A stretch of 32,000 nucleotides of DNA, taken from contig OZ245819.1 in NCBI GenBank assembly GCA_965228485.1, positions 630,001 to 662,000 of the forward strand, given 5' to 3'. This DNA is from Candidatus Saccharimonadota bacterium. Lineage in GTDB: Bacteria > Patescibacteriota > Gracilibacteria > UBA4473. Positions 17,592 through 25,655 of this stretch are shown here, one piece after another (positions within the stretch are counted from its first letter, which is position 1; every line of letters starts with the position of its first letter). The position numbers and the translations under genes are program-made. Under the pieces are notes generated by a model that was given only the letters and a program-made list of their open reading frames with translations, was not told the DNA's origin and ran no database searches.

Positions 17592-18464
17592 ATGGCTATC
17601 ATTGATACTCACAACCACTTGTACTTTGGTCATTTTCAAAAAGACTCTAACACTTTTGTAGATCAGGCCAAAAAAGCCGGAATTACCCGACAAATACTGA
17701 TTGGAGTTGATGAAATCTCCAATTTAGCCGCTATCAATCTCAACCGAACGTTTCCAAATACTTTTAACACCGTTATCGGTCTACATCCCTGTGATGTTGA
17801 TAAGGTAGGCATTAAAGATCCTGAATGGCACAACTATAAAAATTTAGAAAACTACGAACTTCAATATAGAAATTTAGACCAATTTTTTCAGGGACTAGAG
17901 TCTCTTTATTTAGAAAATAAAGATATTGTTGTTGGGTTTGGGGAAACAGGGTTTGATCAGTTCCATATACAAAGTGAAAAACTCTTAGAAACTCAGATTG
18001 AATCTTTCTACCGACACTTAGAACTTTGTAAAAAATATAAAAAGACACTCGTAATTCATAGCCGGAGCACCACTGAAGTCGGCATTAAACTGCTCAATGA
18101 AAACAAAAAACACTTAGCAAACTTCCCCGTTGTTTGGCACTGCTTTTCTGATGATGCTCAGACCGCTCAAATTTTAACTTCTATGGGGGTTTTTCTAGGC
18201 ATAGGCGGTGTTGCTACTTATCCTAAGTCAACCACCCTCAGGGAGGCAATATTACAAACCCCCATTGAGTTTTTGATTACTGAAACCGACAGTCCCTTTC
18301 TTACCCCTCATAAAGCTCGTAAATCTGGGGCGAAAGTTAACCAGCCAAGTTTTTTACCAGAAATCATCCAAGCAATCGCCGAGATAAAAGGCCTAGAATA
18401 TACTCAATGCGAGGACAAACTCTACAAAAATGGGCTGAGGTCTTTCGATTTGACCGAAGGCTAA
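17592..18464 (+). CDS. tatD: TatD-family metal-dependent hydrolase/DNase
   Basis: IIDTHNHL, GFGETGFD, LVIHSRS, WHCFS and ETDSPFLTP are the TatD signature metal-ligand motifs. The start lies 1 nt after the GT2 stop. Confidence 0.85.
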   Translation: MAIIDTHNHLYFGHFQKDSNTFVDQAKKAGITRQILIGVDEISNLAAINLNRTFPNTFNTVIGLHPCDVDKVGIKDPEWHNYKNLENYELQYRNLDQFFQGLESLYLENKDIVVGFGETGFDQFHIQSEKLLETQIESFYRHLELCKKYKKTLVIHSRSTTEVGIKLLNENKKHLANFPVVWHCFSDDAQTAQILTSMGVFLGIGGVATYPKSTTLREAILQTPIEFLITETDSPFLTPHKARKSGAKVNQPSFLPEIIQAIAEIKGLEYTQCEDKLYKNGLRSFDLTEG

Positions 18465-18495
18465 AAAATCATACAATCGCCAGGCTTTTTTTAGT

Positions 18496-18572
18496 GGCTA
18501 TGTAGCTCAGCTGGTTAGAGCGTCGGATTCATAACCCGGAGGTCGGCGGTTCAAGTCCGCCCTTAGCCACCA
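18496..18572 (+). tRNA. tRNA with anticodon CAU (elongator Met or lysidine-modified Ile2; not initiator-like), CCA encoded
   Basis: Hand-folded cloverleaf: acceptor GGCTATG/CTTAGCC (one T-T mismatch), D arm GCTC-AGCTGGTTA-GAGC, anticodon loop TTCATAA, T arm GGCGG-TTCAAGT-CCGCC, discriminator A, CCA. G1-C72 is paired and there is no 3xG-C anticodon stem, so it is not tRNA-fMet. Confidence 0.9.
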
Positions 18573-18587
18573 CTTACGATAATATTT

Positions 18588-18621
18588 AAAAAAAGCCGAG
18601 ACTTGAGTCTCGGCTTTTTTT
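18588..18621. terminator. bidirectional rho-independent terminator shared by the tRNA (+) and the giant gene (-)
   Basis: AAAAAAA-GCCGAGAC-ttga-GTCTCGGC-TTTTTTT, a perfect 8-bp GC-rich stem with 7-nt A and T runs on either side. Confidence 0.8.
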
Positions 18622-18627
18622 CTTAGT

Positions 18628-21600
18628 TTATTGAAATGAAGCATTACCACTCGTCTCAAATCCAGGAGGTGGATCGTATGAAATTCGCTGATCAATTCTC
18701 ATAACAAATGAGTGTTTATTTGGATAACATGATCCTTCTAAATCTGTACATCGAGCTGCATTCAAATGGGTACCTCCTCCATTGAAGATAGGACTGTAAC
18801 GTCGAATATGATGTAGATCATATTTTTGCGCCACTGGGATACTCACAGATCTTCCCCATGGGTCTTGAGCATCTGGAAGCAGTTGAGCGCCTCCAAGGGT
18901 ATTTCGGGTTAATAATGCTCCAGTCTGAATCAATTGATTATTAAGATTCCCATTAATACTATCTCGGTCAAAATTCTCGCTAAATTGAGGATTATTTCTG
19001 CTTTCAGTTGTTGTCAGTGAACCATCTGCGAAAACCACCGCTGAGAAGAATTTTACATCTTTGTGGACAAAAATATTCCCTGTAGAGTTATAAGTCCCAG
19101 CAGACGGAGCACTTGGATCTGTATTAATAATCATAATTCCAAGAATATCATCTAGTCCTTGGTATCTTGTATCCCCGGCAATAAGAACATTTCCATCTTC
19201 AACAATGATAGTATGTTTCCCTCCGTTGATAATTTCTGGAACAACTTCAGTGGCTCCATTTCCAATTCTTACAATTCCACCTCGAACGTAAGTTACTCCT
19301 CCATCTTGAAGATTACTAAGATCAAGATCGAGAATACTTGAATTCTCTTGCGGTGCCAGCCCCCGAGTAAGCTCAAAGGCATTTCTTGTGGCTTCCTCGC
19401 GGATATCGATCTGAGTATTCCCTCCGAGGAACTGAGCCTGATCTCCAAGATCGGTGTCATCAGAGCTTATATAGATGAAGTCTTCGTCTTCAACCAATAC
19501 TCCCCCTTCGATATCAGCTCCTGCTGTTACGTAATCAAACTCAACACAACTACCAGGAGCTACAACATCACAAAGACATTCCTCTGGAGTCATTCCTTGA
19601 CAAGGAGGGATTGGTGGTGATGGACAAGTTCCTAAAATTTCACAAGGTCGTGGTGGTTCTGGAGTACAAAGACTTGGGAAGAGATCACATGGATCCGCTT
19701 CAGTACAAGTCTCTCCCGGCGGACAAGAAGGAGAACAGCCTCCTCCTACACACCCTGTTGGACAACTCCCTGGAACCGCACAAGCTGGACAAAGTTCAGG
19801 GAAAATACAAATATCCCCTGCCATTAATCCGAGATTATTTCCTGCGTAAACAAGATCCTCTCCATCTAGTCGGTATTTAATTTTAGAGGTAAATCCAGCC
19901 GCTAAGTTGGCTTGCCCTCCTGTTGGTCGAATATGGGTACAGACTAATTTTTCCGAATTCCAGTCTGAGATACCTGTAAATGGCACATTTCGACCATCTA
20001 CTGGAGTGGCTAAATCTTCATTATAGGTTTCCACATTTTCATCAATATGGGCCTTAATATTCACATCATAATTTACTGGAAGATCCTTTCCTGAATTTGT
20101 AGTTGTGGTGTAGGCATACAGACACTCTTCGGTATCAACTCCTACTTCCCATGGGGTAGAAGGCGGTTGATTATTTGGCCTATCACTTAAGAACAAAGAC
20201 ACCCAAGGATTAAAAAGGATTGGGACATCCATAGTAAAACTCTGACGAGTCCCTTGAACCACTCCTCGATTACTTACCATAGGGGAAGAGAGTTGTAGCG
20301 GCAGAGTCTTTGTAATTGGACTCATGAGTGCTGCACCGTTAATTCCTTCAATTACATTCACTGTTGGAAGAATCTCTCGTACATTAATTACTCGTGCACC
20401 ACTTGCTGGCGAAGACCAGTTAAGTTTATGCTTACCATCTTCTTTAGAGCCGCCTTGTAAACGCACTCCATTAAGATAATTATTCCCCATTTCAGTCACC
20501 ACATCATATGACCCTTCCGTATCCTGAGTTTGAGCAAAAGCGGTCATTGAAGAATTCTGAGCAATAACATTTTCAAAACGATCCTGAGTGATAAAACTCA
20601 CTTGACAAGCATCAGCAAGATTCGCGTATAAATCTCCATTTGTACAATTGTGATTCAAAGAAGATTCTGTTTGTGTTTTATCAGCTTCCGCAGGATAAAT
20701 CCGAATGTAAGCGGTTTGAATAGGATTGATTCGATTGTAGGCATTATCATAAATACGCACGGTAATTTTGTAGTTTCCTACTTGAGAGAAAATTGAGTGA
20801 TCTTCTCCATCAAACTTATATTGATTCACATTCCACTCAAAGCTATCTCCTCCCACAGGAGCCATAGTTGAATCTATGTAAGACTGTACAGGCCCACCTC
20901 CCAGACGTTCTATTTCTACATGAGATATTCCTAAATCCTCTAGGTCAGCGTTATTAAGTGCGGCAGCTTCCAAAGCTGCAATTTCATCTTGCAATGTACT
21001 AATCTGGCTATTTACATCCGTCAGTTGAGTATTGATATGGAACTGGGTAGCTCGATTATCTTGGATGGCTGTATTGTAGCTGGCATCCTGAGCAAGACTG
21101 TCAGCAATAATAGTTTCTCGACGACTCGTTCGGGAATCAATGTCATTAGTTGCATAGTCATCATAAACCGCTACCGCTTCACCAAAAACACCTGCTGGAT
21201 CTGTATCTCCATCAACCGTTGCAATGGCCTGACTCATTTGCGTCGCTCGACTAATTAATCCATTTATTTCTCCATAATCAAAAAATGGATCTAGGTACGG
21301 TGGCGGATCAACCGGTGGCGTTCCTAATGGTGGTGGATCAATTATAGAGTATCCTTGTAAGTCAGAAAGCGTCTGAGACACTCGACTGTTAAACTGATTA
21401 ATCCGAGTAACAGCCGTATTAATATGGCTTTCATGAGAACCCACCGCCGTAGGTGATAAGTCATGAATAAGGTCTGCAATATCGGTTGTAACCGTAAACC
21501 CAAGTTCCAAATCATCAATATTATTTCTTAAGCTTGGATCAAGTAGTGCAGTCTTATAAGGAACATAGAAATCGTTGTAACGATCATTAATAATCGTATC

Positions 21601-23079
21601 CATTTCGTCTACACTTTCTTCCCAATTCGGAATATAAAATGAATAATCTTCTACCTTACGAGCATTCCATTCATCTGAATAATTTCTGAGTGTATTATCA
21701 TCTGTCGTTGTACTGTCTTGTGGTGGGAGATTTGGAAAGTCAAAAACTCCTAATAGACTGTTGGTTTCCGCCATAGCAGTGTTTTTTCGAGTCTCAATAA
21801 AGTTCATATCAAAAGCTCCCAATTGGCTTCGAATAGAGCCTATACCACCAACACTATCAAATTTACTATCATTAATCTCAGAAACCACATCATTAAAGGT
21901 ATTTCTACTAATATTACGTGAAGCCAAATTTGCCGCTCTTGTTTCTAAATCGTCTAAATCTTGGATGATGTAAGAACTCGGGGCAGTAATATTTTCACTT
22001 ACCTTTTTCCAAAGATTCAAATTAAGGGTCATATTTGCTTTTACATAGTAGTTGGCAAGACGATTACCAATATCAAGAACCTCTTGAGCTAGTTGTTGAT
22101 CAAGGTTTTCTTGCAACTGATCCCGACGCTGCATCAACTGAAGTAGTTGACTTCTTTTCTGGCTAATTTCTTCACTCTCTACTACCTGATTCCAGTTAAG
22201 CCCAGACTCACAAGAATTACTTCCTCCTGGTCGATCTTCTACATCGATAAGCAAGAATAACGCCCCATCATCAGCTTTGAAACGACGAGGATTCCCTGCA
22301 GTCCCTTTTGACTCTGGTGGCATTCTCAATCCACGATGCTCAATCTGCATAACCCCATTAATCCGGGGAGCACCACGATCAATTAAGGCTGGAGGCGTTG
22401 TACAGTTTCTTGGCCCATTCCCTACTCGATCGTACATCGGAAAAGTTAATCGGTCTCCACATTTTGTAACCCTCTGCTTTGTATTATTCGCCTGACATCC
22501 TGCAGCATTTCTATCCTGAACGTTTCCCTGAATTGTAATTTGGTCACGACAAACCCCAAACCCATCTTTAAGAGTATTGGTTGTATAATTATATCGATCG
22601 TCAGCATAAAATTCGATTGAATCAGAGGCCCAAACACCATTAAGCCCTGTCGGCCATTCGTTAATTCCCGCACCAGTGTTTACAATTGGACACCGTGGTC
22701 GTGTTCTATCATAACGAATTGTCGCCGAAGCGGCTTCATTGACATTTTGACCAAAGTTATTGATAGTCGTTCTTCGAAAAACAACATTCCAGGTTCCTTC
22801 TGGTTTTTGCCCATTAGCATTAAGAGCTGGACTCTCAACAAAAGTCCACTGACCAACAGTCTGACTTCGGATAGGACCAACGGTTGTTACATCATTATTG
22901 GGAGCAGCACCAGATCGAACTTGAGCATTGATATTAAAATTCTGATTCTGTCCATTAATGGTACTATAAGTAGAATTACCATTCACTGGAGATACTTGAG
23001 CCAACAAGAACTCTGCTGAAGGCGAAGTTAATAGAAAAGATAAAACTAATAACGAAGCAAAAAATTTAGGTTTGTTCAT
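18628..23079 (-). CDS. giant secreted protein (1483 aa), Sec signal peptide, coiled-coil region, Cys/Pro-rich module; function unknown
   Basis: Uninterrupted 1483-codon ORF. Signal peptide MNKPKFFASLLVLSFLLTSPSAEFLLAQ. No C-terminal TM. The N-terminus is paralogous to the ORF at 31686. The start lies 10 nt after the stop of the 645-aa gene. Confidence 0.85.
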   Translation of the reverse strand: MNKPKFFASLLVLSFLLTSPSAEFLLAQVSPVNGNSTYSTINGQNQNFNINAQVRSGAAPNNDVTTVGPIRSQTVGQWTFVESPALNANGQKPEGTWNVVFRRTTINNFGQNVNEAASATIRYDRTRPRCPIVNTGAGINEWPTGLNGVWASDSIEFYADDRYNYTTNTLKDGFGVCRDQITIQGNVQDRNAAGCQANNTKQRVTKCGDRLTFPMYDRVGNGPRNCTTPPALIDRGAPRINGVMQIEHRGLRMPPESKGTAGNPRRFKADDGALFLLIDVEDRPGGSNSCESGLNWNQVVESEEISQKRSQLLQLMQRRDQLQENLDQQLAQEVLDIGNRLANYYVKANMTLNLNLWKKVSENITAPSSYIIQDLDDLETRAANLASRNISRNTFNDVVSEINDSKFDSVGGIGSIRSQLGAFDMNFIETRKNTAMAETNSLLGVFDFPNLPPQDSTTTDDNTLRNYSDEWNARKVEDYSFYIPNWEESVDEMDTIINDRYNDFYVPYKTALLDPSLRNNIDDLELGFTVTTDIADLIHDLSPTAVGSHESHINTAVTRINQFNSRVSQTLSDLQGYSIIDPPPLGTPPVDPPPYLDPFFDYGEINGLISRATQMSQAIATVDGDTDPAGVFGEAVAVYDDYATNDIDSRTSRRETIIADSLAQDASYNTAIQDNRATQFHINTQLTDVNSQISTLQDEIAALEAAALNNADLEDLGISHVEIERLGGGPVQSYIDSTMAPVGGDSFEWNVNQYKFDGEDHSIFSQVGNYKITVRIYDNAYNRINPIQTAYIRIYPAEADKTQTESSLNHNCTNGDLYANLADACQVSFITQDRFENVIAQNSSMTAFAQTQDTEGSYDVVTEMGNNYLNGVRLQGGSKEDGKHKLNWSSPASGARVINVREILPTVNVIEGINGAALMSPITKTLPLQLSSPMVSNRGVVQGTRQSFTMDVPILFNPWVSLFLSDRPNNQPPSTPWEVGVDTEECLYAYTTTTNSGKDLPVNYDVNIKAHIDENVETYNEDLATPVDGRNVPFTGISDWNSEKLVCTHIRPTGGQANLAAGFTSKIKYRLDGEDLVYAGNNLGLMAGDICIFPELCPACAVPGSCPTGCVGGGCSPSCPPGETCTEADPCDLFPSLCTPEPPRPCEILGTCPSPPIPPCQGMTPEECLCDVVAPGSCVEFDYVTAGADIEGGVLVEDEDFIYISSDDTDLGDQAQFLGGNTQIDIREEATRNAFELTRGLAPQENSSILDLDLSNLQDGGVTYVRGGIVRIGNGATEVVPEIINGGKHTIIVEDGNVLIAGDTRYQGLDDILGIMIINTDPSAPSAGTYNSTGNIFVHKDVKFFSAVVFADGSLTTTESRNNPQFSENFDRDSINGNLNNQLIQTGALLTRNTLGGAQLLPDAQDPWGRSVSIPVAQKYDLHHIRRYSPIFNGGGTHLNAARCTDLEGSCYPNKHSFVMRIDQRISYDPPPGFETSGNASFQ

Positions 23080-23089
23080 TCTCTAAATA

Positions 23090-25027
23090 TTATTTTCTAT
23101 AAAGTTTAATAGCACTCCAAACAAGAGACACCCCTACCATAAATAGGAATACTCCAACAAGCTTGAACCATAGTGGGTCTCTATTTTTCTGAGGTTCTAC
23201 AACCTCTGGCATCTCAGGTTCTTCATTTTTGGTTACTACTTCCTCTTCACCCTTATCTTTAAGTGTATTCACCAAATCATCAGACAAGGATTCTAATGCA
23301 CTTTCTGGCAAAACAGTATTTATCCCTTTCGCACTTATGTAATCTTGAAATTCATCAAACAAGATTCTTCGAGCACTATCATACTCTTCTTCGGTGATTC
23401 GACCATGAAGCTTCTTATTTTCAATATCAGCAAAATCCATCTTAAAGGTCTTGAATTGTTGTTCAAAAGCCTGAACTGTCGAGATTTTAGCCGCAAATTC
23501 TTTCTCTATATCTGTAATTTTTGAATACAATTCCTGGATGATAAGTGCATCTTCTTCAGCATCGATTTGTGCCTGAATTTCTGCAATTAAAGCATCTCGC
23601 TCATCAATCAAGGCTTGAATTTCATCATTCACATAACTTGTTTGAGAAATTTTTCGAAGACGAGCATCCATAATTGGAATCACTGCTCCTCCAAATTCCA
23701 TATCTTTATATTCAAGTGTTGATACATCTAGATTTGCAAGATCATCCGCCTGATCAACAATATGTTCTACATTCTCAAGTCTCTTTTGATAATCGATTGG
23801 ATATTCCATATATCTTCGATAGAAGGCATTTGACTCATCCTCTAGATCGAGGTTTTCGAAACCTCCATAATATCGACCGTAATTAGGAACTAAGGCAGCT
23901 CGAATCATATTCTGAACTGATTCATCTTCAATAGATTCGACCTTTTGAATAAGATCTAAAGGCACTCCATCATAAAGAGCTAGACCATCTCCAGAACCTC
24001 CAATAATCCCAAAATCTGTTTCATCGGATAATTGCTCATAAAGCTCCTGACGCATATTCGTAAAACTCTTATTTAGGTTTGCAGGATCAGTCATAAAATT
24101 ACGAGTATATTGAGCAATTTCAAAATCATTTAAGAAGCTATTTCCACTGTCATAACTTAAAAGGATTTGATTATAAACTAAAAGGACTGGACGCGTTCCG
24201 TCCTCATTTCTTTCTCGAGATAAAAAAGTATCACGCAATGTCGATCTCAAAAATTTATGATCATTTTTATCCTCGATGGTTTTATATTTAGCATCAGAAG
24301 CTTGCACATCGGTTCTCCAAAACAAATCTCGACTTACCTCTGTTTCGTCTTCACTAAAAGATTTCAGCACATATTGCTCCCCAGGAGTAAAAGTAAAGAC
24401 TCCACAACTCAAAAGATCTCCTCCGAAATCTTCCGATAAATGCTGAACAAAGACAATAAATTCTCGCATATCTCTATAAGGGTTTCCACCTGGAAAGTCC
24501 CTATTTGAAGCAGGATTTGGGTCTCTTGATCTCGGTGGATACTCAAAGGCATTTTGTCGTCCAAAAGTAACATAACGAGTATCAGTATAGTATCCGTTTA
24601 TAATTTCTTCTTCGCCATCATCATCTACATCACCAATTGAAGTCTCAACATCATCTTGGTAGGTAAGGATTCCTGACAAATTACGATTTGATTTTGCTGG
24701 CGTCAACTCGTAAGTGTAAACAGGCGAAACATTAAATAATTGATGAGGATAAAATTGAATATCATCCTGCAACATCGGAACAGGCACTTCGAAAGCCTTT
24801 ACAAAATCATCGTAAGTCGCAATTGAAAATTCTCCTGATTCAAGAGTTTCTCCCTCAGGGCCATTAATTTTTCTTACACTAGAAAAATCTAGATTAGCAA
24901 AAACTGCATCTGTTTTCATTTCTTCCTGCAAATTCATCAAGCAAGCTTGTTCAGGGGTAGTTTCCCGAGCTTGAGCCGTCACAAAAAGTAATGGCAATAA
25001 CCCCACCGCTAAACACAATCTATTCAT
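23090..25027 (-). CDS. 645-aa surface protein: signal peptide, DxDxDG-type loop, coiled coil, C-terminal TM anchor; paralog of 29611-31674
   Basis: Signal peptide MNRLCLAVGLLPLLFVTAQA; SIGDVDDDGEEEIINGYYTDTRYVTFG; heptad-like region IQALIDERDALIAEIQAQIDAEEDAL; C-terminal LWFKLVGVFLFMVGVSLVWSAIKLYRK. Collinear similarity to the 687-aa protein along its whole length. Confidence 0.85.
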   Translation of the reverse strand: MNRLCLAVGLLPLLFVTAQARETTPEQACLMNLQEEMKTDAVFANLDFSSVRKINGPEGETLESGEFSIATYDDFVKAFEVPVPMLQDDIQFYPHQLFNVSPVYTYELTPAKSNRNLSGILTYQDDVETSIGDVDDDGEEEIINGYYTDTRYVTFGRQNAFEYPPRSRDPNPASNRDFPGGNPYRDMREFIVFVQHLSEDFGGDLLSCGVFTFTPGEQYVLKSFSEDETEVSRDLFWRTDVQASDAKYKTIEDKNDHKFLRSTLRDTFLSRERNEDGTRPVLLVYNQILLSYDSGNSFLNDFEIAQYTRNFMTDPANLNKSFTNMRQELYEQLSDETDFGIIGGSGDGLALYDGVPLDLIQKVESIEDESVQNMIRAALVPNYGRYYGGFENLDLEDESNAFYRRYMEYPIDYQKRLENVEHIVDQADDLANLDVSTLEYKDMEFGGAVIPIMDARLRKISQTSYVNDEIQALIDERDALIAEIQAQIDAEEDALIIQELYSKITDIEKEFAAKISTVQAFEQQFKTFKMDFADIENKKLHGRITEEEYDSARRILFDEFQDYISAKGINTVLPESALESLSDDLVNTLKDKGEEEVVTKNEEPEMPEVVEPQKNRDPLWFKLVGVFLFMVGVSLVWSAIKLYRK

Positions 25028-25051
25028 TTTTATTTTTTAAGTTTTAATTAC

Positions 25052-25078
25052 AAAAAAAAGGCGCACTAGGCGCCTTTT
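25052..25078 (-). terminator. intrinsic terminator/attenuator between the 97-aa gene and the 645-aa gene
   Basis: The minus-strand transcript reads AAAAGGCGCC-uagu-GCGCCUUUUUUUU: a GC-rich stem GGCGC/GCGCC extended by A-U pairs, then an 8-U run. It sits 13 nt after the stop at 25091 and 25 nt before the ATG at 25027. Confidence 0.6.
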
Positions 25079-25090
25079 ATTAGATGATTC

Positions 25091-25384
25091 CTAGTTTCCT
25101 CCATCATCATCCCCATCATCCCCATCATCGTCTCCATTATCATTGTCAACCGATCGAAATTGGAATGTCTGGCCTGGGTCGCTGATGTTATAGGTCTGCT
25201 TTCCTGGACCAGCCCAACCATCAGGTGTATCTGTTGGGACTTGAATCTCTAAAGCTTTCGCTACTTGAGATGGCACCATGCACCCTGAACCACTTCCACA
25301 AAGCCAAAAATCGATGGCTAGGTAAAACAGCCCAACAGACGCACAGATAAGACCTGCGGCAAAGAATTGTTCTTTTCTACTCAT
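25091..25384 (-). CDS. 97-aa membrane-anchored small protein with Cys triad and poly-Asp/Gly C-terminal tail; paralog of 29296-29571
   Basis: MSRKEQFFAAGLICASVGLFYLAIDFWLCGSGSGC..DNDNGDDDGDDGDDDGGN. It shares an identical 12-residue core, CASVGLFYLAID, with the 91-aa paralog, plus conserved Cys spacing (C-x14-C-x5-C). Confidence 0.75.
   Translation of the reverse strand: MSRKEQFFAAGLICASVGLFYLAIDFWLCGSGSGCMVPSQVAKALEIQVPTDTPDGWAGPGKQTYNISDPGQTFQFRSVDNDNGDDDGDDGDDDGGN
25094..25147 (-). repeat. GAT/GGN trinucleotide-rich simple tract encoding the Asp/Gly tail
   Basis: The plus strand reads ..tcctccatcatcatccccatcatccccatcatcgtctccattatcattgtc.., including a tandem ATCATCCCC x2. Confidence 0.7.
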
Positions 25385-25407
25385 TTTTTAAGCGCTTAAT
25401 TTTCACA

Positions 25408-25437
25408 ATTCTAGCCTGTATAGCAATATCTAGTAAA
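25408..25437 (-). promoter_or_regulatory. promoter candidate for the 97-aa gene (TTTACT-N18-TAGAAT on minus strand)
   Basis: The -10 CTAGAAT lies 23 nt upstream of the ATG. The paralogous gene has the same CTAGAAT 26 nt upstream of its ATG. Confidence 0.3.
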
Positions 25438-25485
25438 GCTGTTTTATTTGCCTCACTTCTCTTTGTGTTATGAAGATACAATTAT

Positions 25486-25650
25486 TTAATCTTGCAAATA
25501 GGGACGAATGATAAAAAAATAAATAACACCGCAAGCCGTGGCAAAAAATAAACTCCACCATAGCACATAGATCACTTCCCAGTACTGTACGAGAAATTTT
25601 TGTATTGGCCATAGCCCAATAGATGGTTCATCAAATATTATAGATTTCAT
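25486..25650 (-). CDS. 54-aa single-TM micro-protein, partner of HTTM-like gene (not in supplied ORF track)
   Basis: Hand translation gives MKSIIFDEPSIGLWPIQKFLVQYWEVIYVLWWSLFFATACGVIYFFIIRPYLQD*. It starts 5 nt after the HTTM-like stop (25656) and is homologous by eye to the 72-aa ORF in the same position after the other HTTM-like gene. Confidence 0.6.
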   Translation of the reverse strand: MKSIIFDEPSIGLWPIQKFLVQYWEVIYVLWWSLFFATACGVIYFFIIRPYLQD

Positions 25651-25655
25651 TGAAA

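Noticed and set aside
160-23019. Many 60-118-aa ORFs nested antisense or out of frame inside long genes (for example 160-342, 1167-1460, 1940-2296, 2008-2253, 3408-3728, 6338-6694, 7641-7892, 10434-10748, 11070-11339, 13325-13528, 16966-17232, 19348-19880, 22747-23019)
   Set aside because: These are shadow ORFs expected in AT-rich sequence. They have low-complexity or biased composition and no motifs, and each is fully contained in a better-supported gene.
23090-23200. Sortase/exosortase-type C-terminal sorting signal on the 645/687-aa proteins
   Set aside because: Both end in a TM helix plus basic tail. No shared short motif of the LPXTG, PEP or GlyGly type precedes the helix in the two paralogs (NRDPLWFKL vs STQTLIVKG), so a plain membrane anchor is the simpler reading.
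25091-25384. Type IV pilin or lipoprotein identity for the small anchored proteins
   Set aside because: There is no G/FTLIE prepilin cleavage motif. The conserved Cys after the hydrophobic segment is preceded by FWL/LWV, which does not fit the L-[AS]-[GA]-C lipobox.
25430-25612. 60-aa minus-strand ORF from the supplied track (MANTKISRTVLGSDLC..)
   Set aside because: It overlaps, in another frame, the 54-aa ORF at 25486-25650. That ORF is supported by homology to the 72-aa ORF downstream of the other HTTM-like gene and by tight coupling to the HTTM-like stop. The 60-aa frame has no such support.
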